A DNA stretch of 64,000 nucleotides from an uncultured Bacilli bacterium (GCA_947626515.1 CANQSL010000001.1:35527-99526); one strand, 5' to 3'. Shown: positions 10,405-20,284, numbered from the stretch's first letter. Made by a program: numbers and translations. The notes: a model not told the origin generated them from the letters alone.

Positions 10405-11577
10405 TTAATTTAGTCTTAAATATTTTATATCATCCATTTTAAGCGTTTGCCTTTTATCTATTATTTCTAAACATTTATTAATCCTTTCAATTAAACTTGG
10501 TAGTGGCAATTCTCCCTTTATACATTTAAGCATTTCAAATATTCTTCTCTCAGCTAAATTTACTGATTCCATATTAAAGTCAGAATTATCAAAACTAATG
10601 ATTTTTTCACTTAAATTTTTTGTTATTTTTGCTTGTGCAGAATTAGCAAAATCAGAAACAATCATTTCTCCACTATTATTCATTTGTGAAGTCAACAACA
10701 AAGTATTTGCAGTTTCCAATAATATTGGATTACTAGTCAAATCAACTTTAACTCCTTTTCTTGAATAAAAGTTAGCACGAATACCTTTTTTTCTACTAAC
10801 ATCAAGTCGATATGTACCATTAACTTTACCATTTTTCTTATGAGTTTCTATTAAAATTGAACCAACTTCTAAATTATCGTTTGAATTCAAAGATGCTTCA
10901 AAAGATACTGAAGCATTGTTTTGACTATCACTTTTGTCATACTCCTTTACGATTTTTACTAAACGCATTCCTGTATTTAAATCTCGAATTATCTCAATAT
11001 CATTAAACTTTTCTATTAATATATTATTTTTAAATGATACTTTAAAATAATCGTTTTTATATCTTTGCTTTAAATCACTAGTCAATCGACTATTTATAAT
11101 TGATATATCAAAATCATTCGATAATATATCAAATGTTATATCATAAGTAATTCTTGTTGGATGTTGCATAGTTTGTTTTTGACCAATTTTGTCAGATTTA
11201 GAAAACTTAATAATACCATTATTATTAAAAGAAAAAGCTCTTGCAGATTTACGTGAATTCATATCAATCCAGTCAATTCGTCCAAACTCACATTCATATT
11301 TCTTACCACAATCATCTTCTAATATTACTCTTCTAAGTGGCAAGCCGTTTCTCTTTTCTGGATAATATACATTTTCCAACTTATATTGATCATAATATTT
11401 TTTTTCAATATCTTGAACAACATATCTTTCTGTATTATATAAAGGTATACTATATGCATCTAAGCATTGTTCCCACCAAGAAGCATTCCAAGCACCAACA
11501 AATTCTTCTACTTTTTGCATTTCATCTAATACTTTTTCAACAGCAATTAATTGAGTTTCTTCATCTAAATTTTCCAT
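10405..11577 (-). CDS. Hypothetical protein (about 390 aa), no recognisable domain
   Basis: Long ORF. The ATG (MENLDEE) is preceded by a GGGGGA RBS. The track start at 11595 is an upstream TTG. Confidence 0.4.
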   Translation of the reverse strand: MENLDEETQLIAVEKVLDEMQKVEEFVGAWNASWWEQCLDAYSIPLYNTERYVVQDIEKKYYDQYKLENVYYPEKRNGLPLRRVILEDDCGKKYECEFGRIDWIDMNSRKSARAFSFNNNGIIKFSKSDKIGQKQTMQHPTRITYDITFDILSNDFDISIINSRLTSDLKQRYKNDYFKVSFKNNILIEKFNDIEIIRDLNTGMRLVKIVKEYDKSDSQNNASVSFEASLNSNDNLEVGSILIETHKKNGKVNGTYRLDVSRKKGIRANFYSRKGVKVDLTSNPILLETANTLLLTSQMNNSGEMIVSDFANSAQAKITKNLSEKIISFDNSDFNMESVNLAERRIFEMLKCIKGELPLPSLIERINKCLEIIDKRQTLKMDDIKYLRLN

Positions 11578-11895
11578 ATATATTCCCCCTATCAAAAAAA
11601 TTTTTATATGCTTAAAATTATAATTTTTTTGTTGTTTTTTTCTCCTCTTCTATTAGAATTTCCTCTACTTTAGTTCCAACCAATATTTGAACTTTATTAC
11701 ATTTAGTACAAACTCTTTTAGCATACATTTGAGGACCAACAATTTTTACATCATCTGTAAATATAGTTTCTTCATATTCTGAAGGAATACCATAACTTCT
11801 AATCCAAAGACTATATTCATGATCGCATTTATTTATCCGACTTTTATTTCACGTCTAAAGTAATTATAAAGAAAGAAAAAAATAATGTCAATTTT

Positions 11896-12147
11896 TTACA
11901 TTTTTTTATTCTTTTTAACTAAATTTATAATTGTTAATACTGGATATATAAAAAAAGCTTCAGATAAAATTAAATAAGGTACAGCTATAAGTAGAAATAA
12001 TCCCCATTGATCCCTATGCACAATAGCATCTATAAATAAAATTAAAAATATTATTCCTAAAATTAAACTAACAGTAAATGCTGTTATTTTTATAATTTTC
12101 TTCATTAATATCCTCCTATAAAATAATCTTATCGTCTTCACAATCAT
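11896..12147 (-). CDS. Small 2-TM membrane protein
   Basis: 83-aa hydrophobic ORF on the same strand as its neighbours. Confidence 0.3.
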   Translation of the reverse strand: MIVKTIRLFYRRILMKKIIKITAFTVSLILGIIFLILFIDAIVHRDQWGLFLLIAVPYLILSEAFFIYPVLTIINLVKKNKKM

Positions 12148-12249
12148 AAATAGTAAAAATATGTAAGAAAAACAAATAAATCTAAAACTTTTTTATTAAT
12201 TAAAATATAGAAAATATTTCACTTTTATCTATTGTTGAAAAGTAAAATA

Positions 12250-12780
12250 TTATTTAATATAGTCTTTATTTTCTTTTGCAAGTTTAATTATATCTTCTAT
12301 AAAATCATTTTTTGAACTTGTATACATTTTTCTATTATCTGAATAAATAGATGCTAATTTTATTTTTAAATTTTTATAATCTTCACACGCTTTTTTATAT
12401 TTATTTAAGTAATCCCTAAATAATATAGTGTTTTTATATCTTTTACTATCTATTTCCATTACATGAATAAAGTGAGTTCTATTATCTATAGAACCCTTTC
12501 TAATTAAAATCTCATCATCTACAGAATCTTCTTTAATAGAATACGGTTCTTTTTCAAAGTTTTGTTTTACTTTATTAAAATCATTTAAACTGTTAACTGC
12601 AACTGCAATATCTATAATAGGTTTTGCACATAATCCAACTATACTAGTAGAACCAATATGTTCTATTTTTATTGCTACATTACCAAATAAATTTTCTAAA
12701 TTAATTTTTTCTTCTTCAAACATATTTTTCCAATTTGCATTATATTCTTCTAATTTAACAGTTCCAACTTTTAGTCCCAT
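12250..12780 (-). CDS. GrpB-family (nucleotidyltransferase-fold, UPF0157) protein
   Basis: HIGSTSI...KPIIDI motif characteristic of GrpB/DUF-type nucleotidyltransferase-like proteins. Confidence 0.6.
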   Translation of the reverse strand: MGLKVGTVKLEEYNANWKNMFEEEKINLENLFGNVAIKIEHIGSTSIVGLCAKPIIDIAVAVNSLNDFNKVKQNFEKEPYSIKEDSVDDEILIRKGSIDNRTHFIHVMEIDSKRYKNTILFRDYLNKYKKACEDYKNLKIKLASIYSDNRKMYTSSKNDFIEDIIKLAKENKDYIK

Positions 12781-12873
12781 ACAACCTCCTTTTTCAACCT
12801 TATTTATAAATTAATTTCTTAATTTATAACTTTCTTAAAAATATGTAGTATTATATCAAAATTATATCTATAT

Positions 12874-13713
12874 TTAAATATATTTAATATTATCTATAAT
12901 TGTTAAATTAGGCATTCTTTTAATAAGTGTTTTCTTTAACTCTGTTTTTTCTTTACCAAAATGAGCAAAAGGGTGATTACTTTCATCTACAAAACTTTCA
13001 CTAGTTAAGCCAAAATCTTCTAATAATAAATCATGAATTCGTCTTGTTATTTCTATTTCTCTTTTATCTTCATCACTTAATTCTTTTTTACTATCCAATT
13101 GTTTAAATCGTTCTTCGTATTCTTGTATTTTTCTTGCATGATCGAATTCCCAAGTTGTACCAGGCCCACCTACAATACCAGGACGAGATGGATACGGATT
13201 TCGTTGATCATATAATCTCTCTAATATTCTCATTACTCTATCTAATTCGGCTTCTCTCAATTCTTTACTTTCAAATGTTTGAAATAATGAAACATCCCCA
13301 ATATTCAATGTCTTAAAACCACTTGGAACTTTAGGAGTATTCCAACCACTAGAATGAATTTCTTTGTAATCAAAATCAAATAATTCTACGCTTCTATCAC
13401 TTAATTCAGTTGATACACTCAACCTTTCCAATACATCATTATTTCCAGATAAAATGAATTTATCATTTTGTTGATTAAATAAGTTTTGAACTCTATTGTA
13501 GATGTTATAAATTGCTATTTTTTTATATACTTCTAATTCAGCAAGTGCCTTTCTATCAGAATCACTAATATACTCTCTTATAACAGAAAATTCTAATTCT
13601 ATTAAAGAATTCAAATAATTTAGCATAGGTTCTGTAAGTATTCCTCTATATTCTTTTAAAGATTCTAATAATTCTTCTTTTGTTTTTATTCTATTTGTAG
13701 TTATAAATTCCAT
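12874..13713 (-). CDS. Hypothetical protein (about 279 aa) with locally elevated GC
   Basis: ORF with GGGAGGA RBS before the ATG (MEFITT). Segments such as ccaggcccacctacaataccaggacgagatgg are far more GC-rich than the window average. Confidence 0.4.
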   Translation of the reverse strand: MEFITTNRIKTKEELLESLKEYRGILTEPMLNYLNSLIELEFSVIREYISDSDRKALAELEVYKKIAIYNIYNRVQNLFNQQNDKFILSGNNDVLERLSVSTELSDRSVELFDFDYKEIHSSGWNTPKVPSGFKTLNIGDVSLFQTFESKELREAELDRVMRILERLYDQRNPYPSRPGIVGGPGTTWEFDHARKIQEYEERFKQLDSKKELSDEDKREIEITRRIHDLLLEDFGLTSESFVDESNHPFAHFGKEKTELKKTLIKRMPNLTIIDNIKYI

Positions 13714-13901
13714 CAATTATCCTCCCGATTACTATATATTATAGCATTCATATTTTTTGATGTAAATTAAAAAAGTTTTAATAATATTGCAAAAATAAAA
13801 AGAAAAAAGGAAGAGCATTAATCTCTCCCAAAATATAGATAATCAAACTAAAAGTTTGTTTAATACCACTATGGTGCCCTAAAGGAAGAAGTACAACAAC
13901 T

Positions 13902-14585
13902 TTAATGATTACAAACATCTATAAAATATTTAAATATATTATTCATATTTTCATCAATTTTATATAAACTTTCTGGATGAAATCTTACACCCATATAGAA
14001 TTTTTTGCATTTGGATTCCACTACTTCAGCATAGCCGTCTTCACAAGTTGCTACTTTTTCTAATAAGGGATAACTATGAACTGCTTTTTTATGCCTCGAA
14101 TTTACTTTTATTTCTTTATGCTTAATAATATTATAAAATTTTGAAGATGGATTTATATATATATTATGGACATATTTTTCTGTTATTTGATTATGTTTTT
14201 TAGGATTAGAAATTTTATATGTCGTACCACCCAATGCTCTAACTATGACGTTTTGCCCACAACAAATACCTAAAGTTGGAATATCATGATCATAACAATA
14301 TTTTGCTACTATCATCTCGTAGTTATCACATGCTCCTCCACCTTGAAATATAATTCCATCACATAGATTAATTTGTGTGATTAATGAATCATATTCTTCT
14401 TGTGATAGATTATTAACCCAATTATCTTCTACATCTAACTTTTCATCTCTTGGTAACAAGATGCCAATCGCTATTGCTCCATTATCGAATACAGATTGCT
14501 TGATTTCATCCCTTATGTACATGTCAGGCCTTATAGAATCTTTATTATAGTGTTTTGAAACTATACCTATTATAACTTTTTTCAT
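13902..14585 (-). CDS. Class I glutamine amidotransferase-like / peptidase C26 (gamma-glutamyl hydrolase-like) protein
   Basis: Catalytic Cys context GICCGQNV and His context GVRFHPE typical of C26/GATase1. Confidence 0.6.
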   Translation of the reverse strand: MKKVIIGIVSKHYNKDSIRPDMYIRDEIKQSVFDNGAIAIGILLPRDEKLDVEDNWVNNLSQEEYDSLITQINLCDGIIFQGGGACDNYEMIVAKYCYDHDIPTLGICCGQNVIVRALGGTTYKISNPKKHNQITEKYVHNIYINPSSKFYNIIKHKEIKVNSRHKKAVHSYPLLEKVATCEDGYAEVVESKCKKFYMGVRFHPESLYKIDENMNNIFKYFIDVCNH

Positions 14586-14685
14586 TTATTGTACCCACTT
14601 TCTTTGTATTATTAAATATTATCGCATATTGTTTTTGTCAATATACAAGTGTGTTTCCTAGTGTGTTTCAAATTTAAAGAGTATT

Positions 14686-14708
14686 AAAAAAGTCCTATTT
14701 TAAGGACG
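14686..14708 (-). terminator. Putative rho-independent terminator downstream of ssrA
   Basis: On the - strand GTCCT-taaaat-AGGAC followed by TTTTTT, 13 nt after the tmRNA CCA end. Confidence 0.4.
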
Positions 14709-14720
14709 TTAATTTTTAAA

Positions 14721-15076
14721 TGGTGGAGCCGAGCAGAATTGAACTGCTGTCCAAAATACTTTCTTACTTAGCGTCTACAAGTTTAGTTAGAGCTATATAT
14801 TCATTAATAAAAAAGAGTCTAACATCTATTTATTAATATAGTTTAATAAAATTCAATAATTATTCTAAACAAAATAATTATTATATCTTATATATATGAA
14901 CCTTAATTTAATCTATAAGCAAAAAAAATTAAAGTGCGCCATTGCCAAATTAGGCAAATGCTAAAGCGCTATTTGTATTATAATTTTTGTCAGTTAATTT
15001 TAAACTGTTGCCACTTAGGATTGGCCACCACTTGCAACTAAATAGAAATATATTCTGTCGAAACCATTACGACCCC
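14721..15076 (-). ncRNA. ssrA: tmRNA (SsrA), about 356 nt
   Basis: On the - strand the 5' end GGGGUCGUAAUGGUUUCGACAG closely matches the Bacillus-type tmRNA start GGGGACGUUACGGAUUCGACAG. 5' GGGGUCG pairs with the 3' acceptor CGGCUCCACCA. The 3' end GGACAGCAGUUCAAUUCUGCUCGGCUCCACCA has a T-arm (AGCAG/UUCAAUU/CUGCU) and ends in CCA. An internal reading frame ends ...NSALAFA-UAA (tag-peptide-like). Confidence 0.8.
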
Positions 15077-15103
15077 GTGTCAACAAATATAACACAAAAT
15101 TAA

Positions 15104-15406
15104 TTAATCATCAACTATTTTTATTATTAATTCACCATTCTTAGTATATAAATATTTTTCTCTTGCATACTTTGCAGCATAATTTGGATCTTGCAATTTA
15201 ACAACATCTGATTCTAATATTTCCTTCTCAGATAATAAATTATTATATTTTTCTTCTAACTCTTTTTTAATTTTCTTATTAGCTAAAATTTGATTCCAAT
15301 AATTAAAGGTAATATAACCCATATATCCTATCAAACAAACAAATACTAAAAATAAAACAAACATTCTTCTCTTAGCAAACTTATTTTTTTTCATATTTGT
15401 CACCAT
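15104..15406 (-). CDS. divIC: Septum-formation initiator DivIC/FtsB-family protein
   Basis: N-terminal TM plus coiled-coil (LEEKYNNLLSEKEILESDVVKLQD). Lies in the conserved yabP-yabQ-divIC arrangement. Confidence 0.65.
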   Translation of the reverse strand: MVTNMKKNKFAKRRMFVLFLVFVCLIGYMGYITFNYWNQILANKKIKKELEEKYNNLLSEKEILESDVVKLQDPNYAAKYAREKYLYTKNGELIIKIVDD

Positions 15407-15441
15407 AATAAATATAGCATAAAATTTTTAATAATCAATAT

Positions 15442-15663
15442 TTATTTATATATAAATATGTAAATAAATGTAAATATGATAATTAAATAATTATAATAAT
15501 TAAATACGCCTAAAAAGAAAATATAATATAAATAAAAATATATAATAAATAAAATTAATAATATAAAAGATTTATATATATTTTTTATTTTTAATCTTTT
15601 TAAAATATAAAAAAATATTATCCAATAAAATAAGGTTAAACATATATTAATAAGATTTTTCAT
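15442..15663 (-). CDS. yabQ: YabQ-like spore-cortex membrane protein (short)
   Basis: Small polytopic ORF overlapping the yabP stop, conserved position. Confidence 0.4.
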   Translation of the reverse strand: MKNLINICLTLFYWIIFFYILKRLKIKNIYKSFILLILFIIYFYLYYIFFLGVFNYYNYLIIIFTFIYIFIYK

Positions 15664-15947
15664 TTAAATAATTTGCTAAAGAATCCTTGTTCTTTGTCTC
15701 CATCAATACCTTCCAAATATTGAACATTATTTATTTTGCCTTTTATGCAAATATTTCCTTCATTAGTATCCAATTTAATAAGTTCCAATCCACTACCTTT
15801 TATCAAAATATTGCCCATAACAGATTGAATTGAAAATTCATTTTCGTTAAAACTATTTACCTTTTTTGTGCCAGTAATAAATATATTACTTCTCTCTAAG
15901 ATTTTAACACTATGACTTATTACATTACTATCAAAATTTGATTCCAT
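15660..15947 (-). CDS. yabP: Sporulation protein YabP
   Basis: YabP-family sequence (FITGTKKVNSFNENEFSIQSVMGNILIKGSGL) in conserved position upstream of yabQ. Confidence 0.7.
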   Translation of the reverse strand: MESNFDSNVISHSVKILERSNIFITGTKKVNSFNENEFSIQSVMGNILIKGSGLELIKLDTNEGNICIKGKINNVQYLEGIDGDKEQGFFSKLFK

Positions 15948-15989
15948 ATAATCACCTACATAATTATATGCAATTAAAAAAATTATATT

Positions 15990-16009
15990 AAAAAAACCAC
16001 AATGTGGTT
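15990..16009 (-). terminator. Weak hairpin plus T-run after spoVG
   Basis: CCAC-aat-GTGG followed by a 6-7 T run on the - strand. Confidence 0.3.
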
Positions 16010-16286
16010 ATTCTTCAACAGTTTCTTCTGCTTTATTATATTCTTCGATTATAGCATCTTCAAACATTTTTCTTGCATCAGAATTAATTGGATGAGCTAT
16101 ATCTCTATAATCTCCAGTTGCTGTTTTTCTACTTGGCATTGCTATAAACAATCCATTATCACCTTCGATAATTCTTATATCATGAACTGCAAAAGAATCA
16201 TCGATTAAAACAGATGCTTTTCCTTTCATTCTAGAGCCTTCTTTTTCAACTTTTTTTACATTTACTGATGTTATTTTCATTAACAT
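16008..16286 (-). CDS. spoVG: Septation protein SpoVG
   Basis: High similarity to SpoVG (VHDIRIIEGDNGLFIAMPSRKT...DIAHPINSDAR). GAAAGGAG RBS before MLMKITS, whereas the track start at 16352 is upstream. Confidence 0.85.
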   Translation of the reverse strand: MLMKITSVNVKKVEKEGSRMKGKASVLIDDSFAVHDIRIIEGDNGLFIAMPSRKTATGDYRDIAHPINSDARKMFEDAIIEEYNKAEETVEE

Positions 16287-16357
16287 GCACACTCCTTTCA
16301 AGTTACTTTTGAACTCTATAACCATTGTAAACCAATTTATCAATAAAATCAATACTT

Positions 16358-17131
16358 TTATCTTGGATATCCCACATACATCATTCCATTTGATTTAAGC
16401 CCACCTATTCCATCTTTACCATACTTTGTTTTATTTAACAAATTTAATAAATTTATCTCTTTATTTTTTTCCGTTAAAGCTATATTTACCGCTATTATGG
16501 CAGGATCTAAAGCGTGTATATTTATTCTTTTAGGGCTTGATGCAAAATTTGCACCTGATTTAATTAAAGCCTCATAATCGCTTTGGCAAGCTCCTGCAAT
16601 TATAACCAACTTTTCATGGCTTTTTTCATATTCTCTTGCTGCATAAACTGCATTAACAAAATTTTTAGAATTTTTATAATTATTTATATTTGATTTATCA
16701 CTATTTTTATATATTGAATCATGCCCTGTAATTATTAAAATATCTGGATTATATTTTTTCAATAATTTGACAATATTAGTAGGAATTTCACTTTCTTTTA
16801 TGTGTTCTCCTATAGCAAAAACGTTTGCTTTGTTATAGAAACTCAAACATCTTGATAGATAATCTTTATCTCCATCTATATGTAGTATTTTGGCTGGTAA
16901 ATAAAAATATTCATTTCTATCTAAATTATCTCTTTCTACTATCTTTTCTAAAAGAGTATCGTCTTCATTTTTATATTTACATAATAATAAATCATCTTTT
17001 AAAGAATCAGCATATAATCTTATATCAACTCCCTTTAATATATATAGGGTTTCATTTATATCAATAATTTTAAATATTGTATCGTTATTATAACTTTTTC
17101 TTGTAACATAATCACCTATTTTAAAATTCAT
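16358..17131 (-). CDS. yabG: Sporulation-specific protease YabG
   Basis: YabG-family N-terminus (MNFKIGDYVTRKSYNNDTIFKI) and conserved neighbourhood (ksgA...yabG...spoVG). Confidence 0.7.
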   Translation of the reverse strand: MNFKIGDYVTRKSYNNDTIFKIIDINETLYILKGVDIRLYADSLKDDLLLCKYKNEDDTLLEKIVERDNLDRNEYFYLPAKILHIDGDKDYLSRCLSFYNKANVFAIGEHIKESEIPTNIVKLLKKYNPDILIITGHDSIYKNSDKSNINNYKNSKNFVNAVYAAREYEKSHEKLVIIAGACQSDYEALIKSGANFASSPKRINIHALDPAIIAVNIALTEKNKEINLLNLLNKTKYGKDGIGGLKSNGMMYVGYPR

Positions 17132-17175
17132 TATATCACCATTTAATTATATTATTTAACTTGAAAATAATACTA

Positions 17176-18672
17176 TTAAACGCAGAATTTGTTAACTCTA
17201 TTCATATTAACTTTAAAAATAATATATGTTTCTTTTGGAGAATATTCACTCTGATATACAAAAGACAAATATCCATTATTTATTATTTCCCAATAAGAGT
17301 TACATCCACCGCCACTACAAAGTAAATAAATATTTTTATCCTTTATAAATTTAGTGGAAACTAAATTTTTTATTTTATTTCCATAAAATGTCTTATATTC
17401 ATAATTCCAACTAACATATGAAAATTCATCATCTATATCAAGTCCATAAAAATATAAATTTTTAGAATCATCAATATATGGTAAAATTGCAGCAGTATTC
17501 GGCATATTTTGTGCTAATATAATGCTATTATCCTCTAAATAGTAATTAATAAAATCTGCTGTTTCATGTGAACTTGAAAATAATGAATTATAATCTGATT
17601 TCATCATTTCATATATCCCATTTGAATACATAATTACTAAACATAAAGCTACAATTCCCATAATTCCCCCATATATTCTTTTAAACCAACTTCTCTTATT
17701 TTTTTCTCTTTGTATCCAAAAAATAAACATAAATATAAATATTAAAGAATCAGTTCTTTGTTGGGAAATTGCATATATATAATGATAAACATATATTTGG
17801 AACAAAATACTTAAGTATAATATTGGCATATTCTTTCTATAAAATATAGTCTCATATAATATAAAAAGTGTAAGCAATACTAATAGTGCAATATTATAGC
17901 CCAAATCACCATGACCAAAAACATAATAAGCTATATTACTTGTCCAATAAAATACATCTACTTTTCTATCTAAATGTACTAAATTGTTTTTGGCACCGCC
18001 AAGACCAATTGGAATAACAAATAATAGTAACCCCACAATAGCAAGAATTAAACAAAATAATATTTTCTTTTTTTCTGATTTTGTATTTGTTTTTCTTCTA
18101 GTTATAACTTCATTCCAAAAGAATTGTAAGTATAGAATTCCAACCATACCAAGCATTATTATATGAGTCCATGCTAACATTAAAATTGATAACACATATG
18201 GTAAAGGTTTTTCATGCCTATTTTTATAATTTATCGCAATTAATGTAATGGCTAAAGGTATTAAACAATAATTTCTTGCTATAGCAGAATATGTGTACAT
18301 AAATGGAGAAGAAAAAATTATTACCAATTTTGTAAACATATTAAATGGAGCCTTTTTTAAAATTAAAAGTGCTGTAAACCACATAATTAAATAACTTATT
18401 AAATTCATTGTAAAATATGGAAATCCTAATTTTGCAAACGGTGATAAAATTAAACTCCATAAACAAGGATGCGCCTCATAATACATTTGTTTTATCATTC
18501 CAAAAATGCTTAAATCCCTGCCTATTAACCAAGCTTGTGCCTCGTCTCGCCAAGGTTCATGAGTATTTAAATATTTCATACTAATCATAGTATAAATAGA
18601 AAGAATTAATATATTAAATTTATTTTTCCAAATTATATTCCATATTTTTTTTAGATAATTCATAAATACCAC
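17176..18672 (-). CDS. Polytopic membrane protein, putative GT-C-fold glycosyltransferase (ArnT/PMT-like)
   Basis: About 12 predicted TM helices. Early loop motif HEPWRDEAQAW resembles the DE-containing first loop of GT-C transferases. Last gene of a three-gene operon. Confidence 0.4.
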   Translation of the reverse strand: MVFMNYLKKIWNIIWKNKFNILILSIYTMISMKYLNTHEPWRDEAQAWLIGRDLSIFGMIKQMYYEAHPCLWSLILSPFAKLGFPYFTMNLISYLIMWFTALLILKKAPFNMFTKLVIIFSSPFMYTYSAIARNYCLIPLAITLIAINYKNRHEKPLPYVLSILMLAWTHIIMLGMVGILYLQFFWNEVITRRKTNTKSEKKKILFCLILAIVGLLLFVIPIGLGGAKNNLVHLDRKVDVFYWTSNIAYYVFGHGDLGYNIALLVLLTLFILYETIFYRKNMPILYLSILFQIYVYHYIYAISQQRTDSLIFIFMFIFWIQREKNKRSWFKRIYGGIMGIVALCLVIMYSNGIYEMMKSDYNSLFSSSHETADFINYYLEDNSIILAQNMPNTAAILPYIDDSKNLYFYGLDIDDEFSYVSWNYEYKTFYGNKIKNLVSTKFIKDKNIYLLCSGGGCNSYWEIINNGYLSFVYQSEYSPKETYIIFKVNMNRVNKFCV

Positions 18673-18703
18673 CTATAATGCATAAAAAAAGATTATTTTT
18701 ATA

Positions 18704-20284
18704 TTATTTGCTTTTTTCTTCGTGATAATCTTTTTCTGTATTTACATTCCATATTTCTTTTTTATCAGATGACTTATTATTAATAATATTCTTAGCTGTC
18801 TCTATACCAGTTAGCATAGAATGATCCATGTTATTATATCTATGTTGTCCGTTTCTTCCAACGCAATATAAATTATTAAATTTATTTAAATAATCAATAA
18901 CTTTATCTATTTTTGAATACGTTCCAAAATATGCTGGATAAGCTTTTGGAATTTTAATTCTAATTGATTTTTCTACAACATCTTTGCTACTAATTATTTT
19001 TAACTTTAAGGCTTCTTCAATAGAAAAGTTTATGAATTCTTCGTCTGACATATTCCAATATTCATCTTTTTCGCTACAAAAATATTCTAATGTAAATAAG
19101 ACTTTATTTTTAATTTCTTCTTTACTTTTAAATAAGTATGGAGACCAATTATTAAAAATCTGAATTCTTCCCATTTTAACATCAGGTTCTTGAACATATA
19201 TCCATGAGTCTGGAATAATATTATTTAGTGTTTTTACATTTGTAGTATTTTCTAAATATAGTTTATCTACTAATAATCCTACTGACATAAATTCTCTATA
19301 AGGAAGTTTTGTTGCTATATTATAAATATTCTTAGGAATATCTATTCCTTTTGCATTTTCAAATAAATATTTTATTGGCATTGACGAAACACAGATATCG
19401 GTCTTAATACGAATTTTCTCATTATCTTTAAGGTATGTAACATTAGATATTTTATTTCCTTTAAATTTAATTTCCTTTACATCAGCATTAAGAATTATTT
19501 CTCCACCCATTTCTTTTATTTTATTTGCCATTTCTTCATATACTTGTCCAGAACCCAATTTAGGATATATAAATTGTTCTATTAAAGAAGTTTCTGTATT
19601 TTTATTGTCTTTCTTTTTAAATAATCGTTTAAACATATCTTTAATAACGGCTGTTATTGATAACCCTTTAACTCTTTGTGAGCCCCAATCTGCTGAGATT
19701 TTACTTGGATGAATTCCCCAAACTTTTTCTGTATAACTTTCAAAAAACATACTATATAATACTTTCCCAAATCTATTAATATAAAAGTTTTCCAAACTTG
19801 TTTCAGGCAATTTATGAATACAAGACTTTAAATAACTAAATCCTGCCTTCATCAAAGTAAAAAAACCCATATTTTTTATTGTAGTCATATTTAAACTAAC
19901 TGGATAATCATAAAACTTTCTTCCATAAAAAATTCTTGTAATTCTATTTTTTATAAGCATTGTTTTATCTTCTTTTTCTGGATCTGGACCACCTTCAACG
20001 TATGGTTTATCAACATTTAATAACTTATCGTCGTAAGCGGGTTTCCCCTGCAATGGCAAACAATCAAGCCATATCTTTTCTACCTCATCATTTTTTGTAA
20101 AAAATCTATGTATACCTGTATCTATTTTATATCCATCAAATTCAACTGTTTTAGAAATTCCTCCAATAATACTGTCTTTTTCTAAAATTGTTACATTATA
20201 TTTATCACTATTTTTTAATAAATAATATGCCGTTGTCAATCCTGCCGGACCGGCACCAACTATTATTACATTTTTTTTATTCAT
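18704..20284 (-). CDS. FAD-dependent oxidoreductase, UDP-galactopyranose-mutase-like
   Basis: N-terminal Rossmann motif VIIVGAGPAGLTTAY. Segments GGISKT...DTGIHRFF and FFESYTEKVWGIHPSKIS parallel Glf (GGNSYD...GPHIFH, FFKGYTIKQWGMQPSELP). Confidence 0.55.
   Translation of the reverse strand: MNKKNVIIVGAGPAGLTTAYYLLKNSDKYNVTILEKDSIIGGISKTVEFDGYKIDTGIHRFFTKNDEVEKIWLDCLPLQGKPAYDDKLLNVDKPYVEGGPDPEKEDKTMLIKNRITRIFYGRKFYDYPVSLNMTTIKNMGFFTLMKAGFSYLKSCIHKLPETSLENFYINRFGKVLYSMFFESYTEKVWGIHPSKISADWGSQRVKGLSITAVIKDMFKRLFKKKDNKNTETSLIEQFIYPKLGSGQVYEEMANKIKEMGGEIILNADVKEIKFKGNKISNVTYLKDNEKIRIKTDICVSSMPIKYLFENAKGIDIPKNIYNIATKLPYREFMSVGLLVDKLYLENTTNVKTLNNIIPDSWIYVQEPDVKMGRIQIFNNWSPYLFKSKEEIKNKVLFTLEYFCSEKDEYWNMSDEEFINFSIEEALKLKIISSKDVVEKSIRIKIPKAYPAYFGTYSKIDKVIDYLNKFNNLYCVGRNGQHRYNNMDHSMLTGIETAKNIINNKSSDKKEIWNVNTEKDYHEEKSK

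Noticed and set aside
7438-14720. Prophage or integrative element at the ssrA 3' end
   Set aside because: No integrase, recombinase or phage structural genes, and no recognisable direct repeat of the ssrA 3' segment. Kept only as an accessory block of possibly foreign origin.
14721-14800. tRNA-like 3' end (T-arm AGCAG/TTCAATT/CTGCT, acceptor CGGCTCC-A-CCA) on the - strand
   Set aside because: No matching 5' acceptor strand within 90 nt. The complementary GGGGUCG lies about 355 nt away with a Bacillus-type tmRNA 5' sequence, so this is the tRNA-like domain of ssrA, not a tRNA gene.
16002-16208. + strand 68-aa ORF overlapping spoVG
   Set aside because: Entirely antisense to a highly conserved SpoVG coding sequence, with no RBS.
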